A stretch of DNA of 20,000 nt from IMG/VR virus record IMGVR_UViG_3300014914_000005; one strand, 5' to 3'. Every line of letters starts with the position of its first letter. Position 1 is the stretch's first letter. A program made the position numbers and the translations under genes. This DNA is from an uncultured virus (IMG/VR IMGVR_UViG_3300014914_000005) (taxonomy: Duplodnaviria; Heunggongvirae; Uroviricota; Caudoviricetes). This document shows positions 7,879 through 16,129 of the stretch, piece after piece. The notes beneath the pieces were generated by a model that was given only the letters and a program-made list of their open reading frames with translations, made no database searches and was not told where the DNA came from.

Positions 7879-8259
7879 ATGGCGCGTAAAACGGAGACCT
7901 TTAAAATCGAGGGATATGATAAGAGCTTTACAGTTACCGAATTAACTGTGAAGCAAATTATCGGCCTCGTGCAAGACGATGTCCAAACGGCAGGTGATGA
8001 CTTTGATGCGTTACGTTCCATCTTCGCAGACAAAGTCCTCCCGCTTGCCTCAAATGTTACTATGGAAGATCTAGTAGAAATGGCTCCCAGCGATATCAAA
8101 GAGTTTTGGGATCATTTCTACAAAGTGAATTCCGTTTTTTTCGAGATGGCCCGCAAGTCCGGTCTGAAGGCAGTGCTGGAGACGTTACAAACAGCGATCC
8201 TTTCGGACTTTGGAAAGTGGCTTGCGGGCTCATTGAGGCCGGACATAAAGACGTCTTAG
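7879..8259 (+). CDS. Tail assembly chaperone (lambda gpG-like)
   Basis: 126 aa between tail tube and tape measure; ELTVKQI and VN..FF motifs; RBS GGAGG. Confidence 0.8.
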   Translation: MARKTETFKIEGYDKSFTVTELTVKQIIGLVQDDVQTAGDDFDALRSIFADKVLPLASNVTMEDLVEMAPSDIKEFWDHFYKVNSVFFEMARKSGLKAVLETLQTAILSDFGKWLAGSLRPDIKTS

Positions 8260-8405
8260 ATTATGGGTATTCGTTCTTTGTCGCTGCGTTAAATGAGCAC
8301 CAGAAGTTGAAGTTTGAGCGCCAAAAAGAATTAGCTGTTGCTGTGCGAATGGCGCAGCATGCAGACGGAAAGCAATGGCGTCAATACTTAAAACGAAAGG
8401 GCTAG
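8211..8405 (+). CDS. Tail assembly chaperone T segment (-1 frame), probably expressed as a G-T frameshift fusion
   Basis: Open -1 frame overlapping G (LIEAGHKDVLDYGYSFF...), no obvious own RBS/start, ends 3 nt before tape measure ATG. Start coordinate is the proposed slip site. Confidence 0.7.
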   Translation, partial: WKVACGLIEAGHKDVLDYGYSFFVAALNEHQKLKFERQKELAVAVRMAQHADGKQWRQYLKRKG

Positions 8406-8408
8406 AAT

Positions 8409-11018
8409 ATGCCAGACCGCAGCGATACATTCGAAATTCTTGTCCGCCTTAAAAACCTTGCCAAAGGTGGTTTGAAAGATGTCGATGACAGTTTAGAAAA
8501 AGTAGATCGACAGGCTAAGAAAACAAACAAAACTCTTGTTACACTCCGCAACGGCCTTTCTGGTATAGGTAAAGCCGCCTTCTCTCTTAAAGGCGCCTTT
8601 GTTGGTTTGGGCGTCGGCCTCATTGCAAAATCTTTTGTCGACGCTGCAAGCACCGCAGAACAATTCCGCACCCGTCTTGTTACCTTAACAGGTAGCGTTC
8701 AGGAAGCCAATAAACTATTCGAAGACATGAGCGAGTTTGCGTCCGGCGTCTCTTTTAGTTATGAAGAGATAATGGCCAGCGCTACAAACTTGACTGCTGT
8801 AATGAAAGGCGGTACGGCAGAGGTCCAACAGTATATGCCTTTGATTGCGGACCTTGCCGCGGCTTCCGGTTTAACAATTGAAGAAACAACCGGACAGGTT
8901 ATTAGAATGTACAGTGCCGGTGCGGCCGCTGCGGATATGTTTAGGGAACGTGGTGTTCTCGCAATGCTTGGTTTTCAGGCTGGTGTTTCTTACTCGGCAG
9001 AAGAAACAAAAGAAATGTTGATAGCGGCGTGGGAAGACCCAGCGTCTAAATTCCGTGATGCGTCTCAGGCATTGGCCACGACATGGGAAGGTATGTTGTC
9101 GATGATGGGTGACGCTTGGTTTCAATTCCGTACTATGGTATTTGAAGCCGGTGTATTTGATTACATGAAAGCCGCTCTCAGTCTTGTACTAGATTACATT
9201 AAACAAATAAAGTCCGGTGGCGATTTTGCTGATGTTGGTAAGAGTATTGCTGAACATATTATTTGGGGAATGGAGAAGGCTGCGCAAGCAGCGGCCCTTG
9301 TTGTAGATGCTTGGCGTGGTTGGAAATTAATATGGTTAACATTAAAGGCCGGCTTTACAACATTAATGTCGTTGATATACGACGGTATTAATAGTCTAAT
9401 TGGATTTCTCGATGATGTCCAAATCAAGATTGGCCAAGTGGCTCAAACTGCCGGTACTATGGTCAAAAATGCCGGTAGGTATTTAGGCGAAGATGTTAGA
9501 GACGCTGGCGAGGCATTGCAACAGCTCGGAACCGATATGGAACAATCGGCAAGAGCCAGCTCAGAAGGTCTACAAATAGCCGCTGATACTTGGGAGGAAA
9601 TGAAGAACGAAGCGAACTCTACATTGGTCTCCTATGCATTACAAGAATCGGCATTGACTAAAGTTAACAAAGTTCTTGGGCTTGTTAAGGAACGAGCTGA
9701 AGGATATGCCAAGGCCGCAAAAGAAGCCGCAGCTCAACCAGCGCCTGAAAGACCTGCAGCCGCTGCTCCCGCTGCATCGTTTGAAAAAGAGCTGGAGAGC
9801 GACTTAAGCAGAATGAAGGCCCATACCTCTACAACCATGGCGTTCTTGCAAGACGCTTACGATCAAGGCCTTGTGGGACTGGAAGATTACTTTGCCCAGA
9901 GGGAAACCAAACTTGTCGAAAGCTTTGAATTAGAAAAACGGGTATTGGAACAAAAGGCATTACTTGAAGAAAGCCCGGATAAGAAGCTAGCGGCCCAAGA
10001 TAAAATCTATGCTTTAGAGCAACAGCACCAAAGGGACTTGTTACAATTAACCATTGATCGACGTACAGCTGAAGAAGCAGAAGAACAAAGTATTTTGGAC
10101 GCCAAGGTGTTAATGGCCGATTTGAAAGTTCGCAGTGCTGAAGATGCTAGAGCCAAGACCCAGGCGCTTTTTGAACAAGAATTCTTAGATCTACAAACTA
10201 AACATATCAACGAGATTGCCGAGCTTGAAAATCTAAATGCAACCACGGCTATGATTAATGATGCTCATAGAGCACAGGAGCTTGAAAAGGAAAAGCTATA
10301 TGCAGACCAGAAAGCCCGCATAATGGAAATGACGTTTTCCGGTGTACAGCAAACACTGGGCTTTATGGAACAGGCTTTTGGGGACATGTACCAAGTAGCC
10401 GGTGAGGAGGCAAAGGAATTCTTCTATGCCCAAAAGGCGGTCCAGATTGCACAAACCATTATGTCGACTTATTCAACCGCTCAGAAGGCTTATGAGTCCC
10501 TTGCAAGCATACCATATGTTGGACAGGCTCTAGGTATTGCTGCAGCGGCCGCTGCTATTGCTTCCGGTTTGGCTAGAGTTAATATGATTAGAAGTCAGAA
10601 GCTAGCCGGTGGTGGTGAGGTCGCCGGCCATTCACCAACAGAGACAAGTGACAATGTACCTATCTGGGCCACGGCTGGAGAATTCGTACAAAGAAAATCA
10701 GCGGTCAGGCATTACGGAGTTGGTGTAATGGAGGCTCTTAATAAACGGTTAATTCCAAAAAGCCTGTTCAGCGGTTTCTCTTTACCTCACGTATTGCCTC
10801 ACCGCTCCATGGCATATCAAACCGGTGGCGCTGTAACACCTGCAAAGATCGACAGGCAGATGGAAAAACAACAGGAACCCATTAATGTCGTCAATGTTGT
10901 AGACCCGCAAATGTTTGATGAGTATTTGGCTTCTACAACTGGCGAACGTACATTGCTCAATGTAATGTCACGCAATCAGTATCAAGTCCAAAGAGTTTTA
11001 GGATTGGGAGGTGTTTAA
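8409..11018 (+). CDS. Tape measure protein
   Basis: 869 aa, Ala-rich and helical; tape-measure N-terminal domain (RLVTLTGS...A..LF.....FA); C-terminal GGG.V.G....SDNVPIWATAGEFV motif. About 125-130 nm tail by the usual ~0.15 nm/residue rule. Confidence 0.93.
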   Translation: MPDRSDTFEILVRLKNLAKGGLKDVDDSLEKVDRQAKKTNKTLVTLRNGLSGIGKAAFSLKGAFVGLGVGLIAKSFVDAASTAEQFRTRLVTLTGSVQEANKLFEDMSEFASGVSFSYEEIMASATNLTAVMKGGTAEVQQYMPLIADLAAASGLTIEETTGQVIRMYSAGAAAADMFRERGVLAMLGFQAGVSYSAEETKEMLIAAWEDPASKFRDASQALATTWEGMLSMMGDAWFQFRTMVFEAGVFDYMKAALSLVLDYIKQIKSGGDFADVGKSIAEHIIWGMEKAAQAAALVVDAWRGWKLIWLTLKAGFTTLMSLIYDGINSLIGFLDDVQIKIGQVAQTAGTMVKNAGRYLGEDVRDAGEALQQLGTDMEQSARASSEGLQIAADTWEEMKNEANSTLVSYALQESALTKVNKVLGLVKERAEGYAKAAKEAAAQPAPERPAAAAPAASFEKELESDLSRMKAHTSTTMAFLQDAYDQGLVGLEDYFAQRETKLVESFELEKRVLEQKALLEESPDKKLAAQDKIYALEQQHQRDLLQLTIDRRTAEEAEEQSILDAKVLMADLKVRSAEDARAKTQALFEQEFLDLQTKHINEIAELENLNATTAMINDAHRAQELEKEKLYADQKARIMEMTFSGVQQTLGFMEQAFGDMYQVAGEEAKEFFYAQKAVQIAQTIMSTYSTAQKAYESLASIPYVGQALGIAAAAAAIASGLARVNMIRSQKLAGGGEVAGHSPTETSDNVPIWATAGEFVQRKSAVRHYGVGVMEALNKRLIPKSLFSGFSLPHVLPHRSMAYQTGGAVTPAKIDRQMEKQQEPINVVNVVDPQMFDEYLASTTGERTLLNVMSRNQYQVQRVLGLGGV

Positions 11019-12040
11019 TGCATTACGTTAGCGGAACCACGACAGATTTTCATGATATTGTTGATGCCATGGTTAACCTAATGACTTCGGCATTGGGAGG
11101 CGGGTGGACAGTTATAATGTCTCGCAATACCCGTGATAACGCAGCTAATTATGGTGCATCCGTAGAAGAACCGGATATGGCTTCTACATGTACTGAAATG
11201 ATTTTAAAGAGTACAGGATACGGTGGAGCAGATAACTTTTACATTGGAATCCGTGAATGGGACAGAGATGATTATGCTACTCCGTTATCCGGTTTTGACT
11301 TAGCCGTATTAAATCATTTTGTTCTAGCGCCTCCCACTATATGGAATTATTTATATGGTACAATGACGGGAGCGATTAATACTTACAATAACACTTATAA
11401 TCGCTTTTCAAGTCACCCAGGCTTCTGCACTACCCAAGGTGTTAACATGGACTATTGGATTTCCTCTAGTCCCCAAAGAGTAATGGCCGTTGTGAAAATC
11501 CTGTCTAATTATGAAAGCTTTTATGTTGGTGCTGGTGACAGGTTTGGTAATCCATCTGATTATCCATGCCCAATGTTTGCATGCTCTACAAGTCAAGGAA
11601 TAAATGCTCCAGACGAGGCTTTGGCAACCCGCGCCAAGTTTGTACCAGCCGGAGGGAGTGTAGCGCATGTTATTACTCCCGGGAATTACATGTTGACAGC
11701 TGGTAACATATTGACACTTCCATATGAGCAAATGCAGAATGTGACAAGTTATGAACTTCAAAGTTTAAATAACGATAGAAGGCTTTGTATGCCTGTCTTG
11801 CTTGTAAATGCTTCTACGAATCCTCATGAATTGTTAATGGAGCTTGAAGGTGTTTACCAAATATTCGGACAGTTGATTAGTAGCGAGGATGAAATAAGTA
11901 TTGACGGGAGCCGTCATTTAGTATTTCAAAATCTACATGAAACAGATTATTACCAATATATGGCGTTTCCAATTGCCACGTCGACAACCACGACTACAAC
12001 AACCAGTACCACAACAACCACAACGACAACCACTGTATAA
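11018..12040 (+). CDS. Tail-tip virion structural protein (YuA/phiJL001-like) with C-terminal Thr-rich tail
   Basis: M.Y.SGT..D..D start, GGGW, ELEGVY...G...SED.I.IDG..HLVFQN end, then TS-T7-S-T9-V; TAATG coupling to tape measure. Confidence 0.7.
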   Translation: MHYVSGTTTDFHDIVDAMVNLMTSALGGGWTVIMSRNTRDNAANYGASVEEPDMASTCTEMILKSTGYGGADNFYIGIREWDRDDYATPLSGFDLAVLNHFVLAPPTIWNYLYGTMTGAINTYNNTYNRFSSHPGFCTTQGVNMDYWISSSPQRVMAVVKILSNYESFYVGAGDRFGNPSDYPCPMFACSTSQGINAPDEALATRAKFVPAGGSVAHVITPGNYMLTAGNILTLPYEQMQNVTSYELQSLNNDRRLCMPVLLVNASTNPHELLMELEGVYQIFGQLISSEDEISIDGSRHLVFQNLHETDYYQYMAFPIATSTTTTTTTSTTTTTTTTTV

Positions 12041-12052
12041 GGGAGTTAAACA

Positions 12053-13006
12053 ATGACCAGTGTAAACACTTATACCTCGTACACGCCAGCAACCTGTCAC
12101 CTTGCATTAACAAGGATCAGAGAGTTTTTAATTGCTAATGGTTGGACGGAAGAAGAATATGTGTCCGGTATGGAATGGCTGTCTGATGGCGATGGTACGT
12201 ATTCTTGGCAGCTTGGAGGCGATGCAGAAACGTTTTTGGATATGTCCAGTCAAGGTTATAACGGACTCGGCAACCAAGATATGCGTTACAGATTCTGGGT
12301 GACGGCTTCTGGTGCTGACCCGTTAGCGGAATATTTATATGTTTCGTTGGTCGACCCTACCGATCCAGAAGTTGATGAGAATGTTTCTACGACTCCGGTA
12401 TTACAAAAGTATGTGACCTACCTTCGTATAGGCATTCCTACTGGAACCGGATTGACTATACATGCATTCGATTTAAATACCGGCTTCCCGACCTTTGCAA
12501 CTTTCATATTACAATTGACAGATTATTTCAATGTATTGTTTGCGATCGGGTGTCCTGATTTGTTTGTTACTACAGATGAAGTTTGGGGAATATGGGGAGC
12601 AAGTACCGCACTGGCTTATTATACTATCACAGGCCATAATCTACAAACACGCCAGCCTCTTGCTAAATGGAATAATTATAGAGGCGGAAATACTGGTGTA
12701 TGGCAGTCAAACCATTATTGCGGTGGGACTTACGGATGGAGCGCAACCAATTATGGTTTTATCGCGCCTTACGGAGGTGCGGTACAATTAAACGCTTATG
12801 CCGGTAGACGTTCTTTTATCAAACCGATTTATTTTTGTACAGACGATAACGACCAGCTCTGGCCGGTAGGCTCTTATCCATGGTATTACTGTAGATGGCC
12901 CGGGCTCGATCTTGGTGAAACAATAACTTATGGTGGACAACAATATGTGGTATTCCCGGATGGGTTTACCAGTAAAGATTATGGAATTGGAATGCGGATA
13001 GCCTAA
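12053..13006 (+). CDS. Second tail-tip virion structural protein, likely distant paralog of the preceding gene
   Basis: FLIANGW near N-terminus, GETITYGGQQYVVFP near C-terminus, paralleling the previous ORF. Confidence 0.65.
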   Translation: MTSVNTYTSYTPATCHLALTRIREFLIANGWTEEEYVSGMEWLSDGDGTYSWQLGGDAETFLDMSSQGYNGLGNQDMRYRFWVTASGADPLAEYLYVSLVDPTDPEVDENVSTTPVLQKYVTYLRIGIPTGTGLTIHAFDLNTGFPTFATFILQLTDYFNVLFAIGCPDLFVTTDEVWGIWGASTALAYYTITGHNLQTRQPLAKWNNYRGGNTGVWQSNHYCGGTYGWSATNYGFIAPYGGAVQLNAYAGRRSFIKPIYFCTDDNDQLWPVGSYPWYYCRWPGLDLGETITYGGQQYVVFPDGFTSKDYGIGMRIA

Positions 13007-14175
13007 TGTCTACAACTACGACAACTACAACTTCAACAACAACCACCACGTCGATCACGTGGTTTACAACTACCACTACAGAGCCGCCTCTGCAAGGTCA
13101 CGTTTATGGCTCAATGGATGTAGACGCTATATTTATTTCATCGGTAGATTGGGACGTCGGAACATATAAAGATGCACACCCACCAACGGCCATGGTTTTT
13201 GGAGAAGGCGGTACTCCGGAGCGAGAAGGAATTGTAACTACTTTTCATCCTCCAATTGTACATGTCAACGATTCACAAGGCCATAATCCATATGCGCAGG
13301 AATGGAATTTCGGTGTTATCTTTGATCCGTATTTTATTGATTGCGGTTTTATTGTATGGGATGTCGATTATACCATTTCTGTTTGGAACCAATGGAAAAC
13401 GAAAAGTGTTGATATCACGGATATTGTAATCAGTGGCGCAGCTGGTATTTCGTTAGATAAGTCAGCTCCGATAACTGTTCCACCTTATGGTCAAGAGCTA
13501 TTTACATTGACTGTTCATGGCGATGGCCCGCCATTCCAATCTTCCACGATTACATTTACAATTGATGGACAAGATTACGTTTGTTCAATTACTGGTTTGC
13601 GGGTGCTTCCAATGCCCATGGCCTGTAATTGGGAACAGCGGTATAGAATAGGCTATACGTTTAGAACCATATTACAAAGCAACCGCAAGTTTCACGAACA
13701 GCGACGGCCCACTTGGGATAAACCGAAACGGGATGTGGCCTATTCAGTATGGGAACAAGGTGTTAATATACAGTATGCCCGCAATCTTATAAAATACGGC
13801 CATGATAAATTCTTTATGGTACCTCTGTTTAATGAGCCAATATTTTCAGACCGGGTACATGGCTTAACAGGTTTTGATCATGTGACAGCGGATGCCTCGT
13901 TGGATATCGACCATTATTATAATCTACAAAATTTATGCGATTTTGTAATGATTATTGATCATGCAAGTTTGGCCACTGAAATAAAAGAAATTGATTCTAT
14001 TGTTGGAAACATAATAACATTTACAGAACTTGTAACTGGTTCTTTCAGTGAAGACTCGGCCATGATTTATCCGGCTTTTGTGGCTACAATAGATGGTGCC
14101 ATATATACATCTGAAACAGACGACTTGGATGAAATCGACCTTAAATTTGTGGAGTATATAAAAAGTGACAGATAG
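13006..14175 (+). CDS. Tail protein: N-terminal Thr tract, Ig-like beta-rich region and distal-tail (Dit)-like region
   Basis: MS-T7-S-T5-SITWF-T5 start; VWN...GI.L..P..VPP....L.V..DGPP segment; W...Y..GY.F.T......EQRR motif. Confidence 0.65.
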   Translation: MSTTTTTTTSTTTTTSITWFTTTTTEPPLQGHVYGSMDVDAIFISSVDWDVGTYKDAHPPTAMVFGEGGTPEREGIVTTFHPPIVHVNDSQGHNPYAQEWNFGVIFDPYFIDCGFIVWDVDYTISVWNQWKTKSVDITDIVISGAAGISLDKSAPITVPPYGQELFTLTVHGDGPPFQSSTITFTIDGQDYVCSITGLRVLPMPMACNWEQRYRIGYTFRTILQSNRKFHEQRRPTWDKPKRDVAYSVWEQGVNIQYARNLIKYGHDKFFMVPLFNEPIFSDRVHGLTGFDHVTADASLDIDHYYNLQNLCDFVMIIDHASLATEIKEIDSIVGNIITFTELVTGSFSEDSAMIYPAFVATIDGAIYTSETDDLDEIDLKFVEYIKSDR

Positions 14176-14791
14176 CCTTGAAGACTTAGGAACGATTGAT
14201 GTAATGACATGGGTATGGAATTGGAGTCCTGTTCCGCGTGTAGAGTTTTTGTTTAGCCGGACGCTTCGGGACTTTGGTTCTACTGCGCAAGAGGTAGTGA
14301 GCGAAACGGATTACAACCCATTTCAGGGACAGTATGAATTCCTAATTTCTGATAAAGAAACAGAGTATGACTTTCTCGAATTCTTTTTAGGCAAACGTGG
14401 CAGAACCCAAAAGTTTTGGTGTAAGAGCCCTCATCAAACATTTACATTAAAATCCAATGTTGGCGCGGGTTCGTCTTTGCTTTATGTAGAAGATAACAGA
14501 GCCGATTATATTTGGCAAGGCCATGAACGTATCTGGATCAAGCTTGCCAATGGAGACGAGATAACAAGACAAGTGAGCAATGTTGTCCGGGATACGGATT
14601 TGGACCGTATTGAATTACATTTAGAAACGTTGATTACGACAGGATTTGATATTGAAGATGTTGTATTTTTTGGTCGCATTTATCTTGTGCGATGCGACTT
14701 GGATAAATACCAAGTAAGTTATGAATCCGATAAGGTTTGTACTGTAACAATAAAAGTGTATGAGACTGTGAGAGAATACGATGACATATGA
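14165..14791 (+). CDS. Distal tail (Dit/DUF2460-like) protein
   Basis: GTG start with GGAG at 14151-14154; EFF...RGR...FW motif; precedes hub gene. Confidence 0.6.
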   Translation: MTDSLEDLGTIDVMTWVWNWSPVPRVEFLFSRTLRDFGSTAQEVVSETDYNPFQGQYEFLISDKETEYDFLEFFLGKRGRTQKFWCKSPHQTFTLKSNVGAGSSLLYVEDNRADYIWQGHERIWIKLANGDEITRQVSNVVRDTDLDRIELHLETLITTGFDIEDVVFFGRIYLVRCDLDKYQVSYESDKVCTVTIKVYETVREYDDI

Positions 14792-15626
14792 TACCAATTT
14801 AACAGAACACCAGATGGATGGATTACCTGAACTGTACAGGATTTCTTTTGGTAACAGTATTGAATATTTTACGTCTTGGCCTGAATCCCTTACATTTGGT
14901 GGACAACTATATAAAGCGGCTCCCATTAAACGTTCTGGTTTTAATCTCGACAGTCAATATAAAAATGTTACTATGACAATCAGCGCGCCGCCAACAGAAG
15001 CATTTGCTCAATACTTGGCAGGCTCTCCCGCTGGTGTAACAGAGATTATAATATACAGAGCACTAGAAACGGATTTGACGGATTACAAAGTTTTATTTAG
15101 TGGCAATATCAAATCGATTTCTTTTAAAGACCATTTGTGTTCAGCAGAAGTCGTTTCGAATAGTAATATATTGGATAACCCAATTCCGCCATACCTTTAT
15201 CAGAGTTATTGTAACCATACAATCTTTGATGCCGGGTGTTCGTTATCTGCATCGACTTGGTCACAGAATCTTGGTGGTATTGTTCTGGGTGAAGATGCGA
15301 ATGGTTATTATGCGGAACATGCTTATTTCGGCACTGGCTTTTATTCAGATGGTTACTTTACACAAGGTGTAATTGCAAGTGTCGACGGAGAGTTTGTGAG
15401 GTTGATTACATACCATGACCGCGCAAACGGTAAATGTTATTTACACGTTCCATTTGGATCAGATGAATTGGAGTCTGGTGATAATGCTTATGCATATCCC
15501 GGATGTGATGGTTCGCCCGGAGTTTGTGATAGTAAGTTTAGCAATCTACTTCATTTTCTTGGCATGCCTTATATTCCAAGTAACAACCCGGTCATTTGGG
15601 GTTTCTGTCAACCGAAGCCGGTATAA
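14781..15626 (+). CDS. Baseplate hub protein, DUF2163/phage BR0599 family (lambda gpL-like, probable Fe-S)
   Basis: Four conserved Cys in YCNHTIFDAGC and GCDGSPGVC; C-terminal KF.N..HFLG.PYIP..NP signature. Confidence 0.88.
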   Translation: MTYDTNLTEHQMDGLPELYRISFGNSIEYFTSWPESLTFGGQLYKAAPIKRSGFNLDSQYKNVTMTISAPPTEAFAQYLAGSPAGVTEIIIYRALETDLTDYKVLFSGNIKSISFKDHLCSAEVVSNSNILDNPIPPYLYQSYCNHTIFDAGCSLSASTWSQNLGGIVLGEDANGYYAEHAYFGTGFYSDGYFTQGVIASVDGEFVRLITYHDRANGKCYLHVPFGSDELESGDNAYAYPGCDGSPGVCDSKFSNLLHFLGMPYIPSNNPVIWGFCQPKPV

Positions 15627-15628
15627 TT

Positions 15629-16129
15629 ATGGAAAGCATATTTGTAGACAATAAAAAGTATAAGGAATTTGAAACGGCGCTTGTGTCATGGCTTGGAACG
15701 CCATATAAACACTTTACTATGGTAAAAGGCCGCGGAGCCGATTGTGCTTTGTTTGTTATGGCCTGTTACAAAGAAGCAGGCGTATTGTCCCATGTTAATA
15801 CTGATGATTATTACCCAAAGGATTGGTGGAGGCATGGTGGAGGAGAATTCATAAGAACACAGTTTGTACAGCATATGGATTTATATGCCTTGCAAGGTTA
15901 TACCTCTATCTGGATCGACAAGGGAGACGAAGACGAAATGTTACAAGGTGATTTAATTGGTTTCTCTTTGTCTAAGACTGGCATTACTCATCATTGCGGA
16001 ATACTACTGGCAAACAAAATTGAAATGATACATAGCATTAACCACCGAGGAGTTGTAAAGGTTCCCTATTCACCATGGTGGGAGCGTCACAGAACCGGTG
16101 TAATTCGTATTATTAAAGGAACTGACTAA
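15629..16129 (+). CDS. NlpC/P60 family tail-associated peptidase
   Basis: WLGTPYKH...GADC, HCGI and MIHS give Cys-His-His residues. ATG 15629 preferred over the track's TTG 15596. Confidence 0.88.
   Translation: MESIFVDNKKYKEFETALVSWLGTPYKHFTMVKGRGADCALFVMACYKEAGVLSHVNTDDYYPKDWWRHGGGEFIRTQFVQHMDLYALQGYTSIWIDKGDEDEMLQGDLIGFSLSKTGITHHCGILLANKIEMIHSINHRGVVKVPYSPWWERHRTGVIRIIKGTD

Noticed and set aside
15596..15628. ORF-track starts at 15596 (TTG) and 19541 (TTG)
   Set aside because: ATGs at 15629 and 19577 lie 2 nt after the upstream stops and give N-termini matching family or paralog boundaries.
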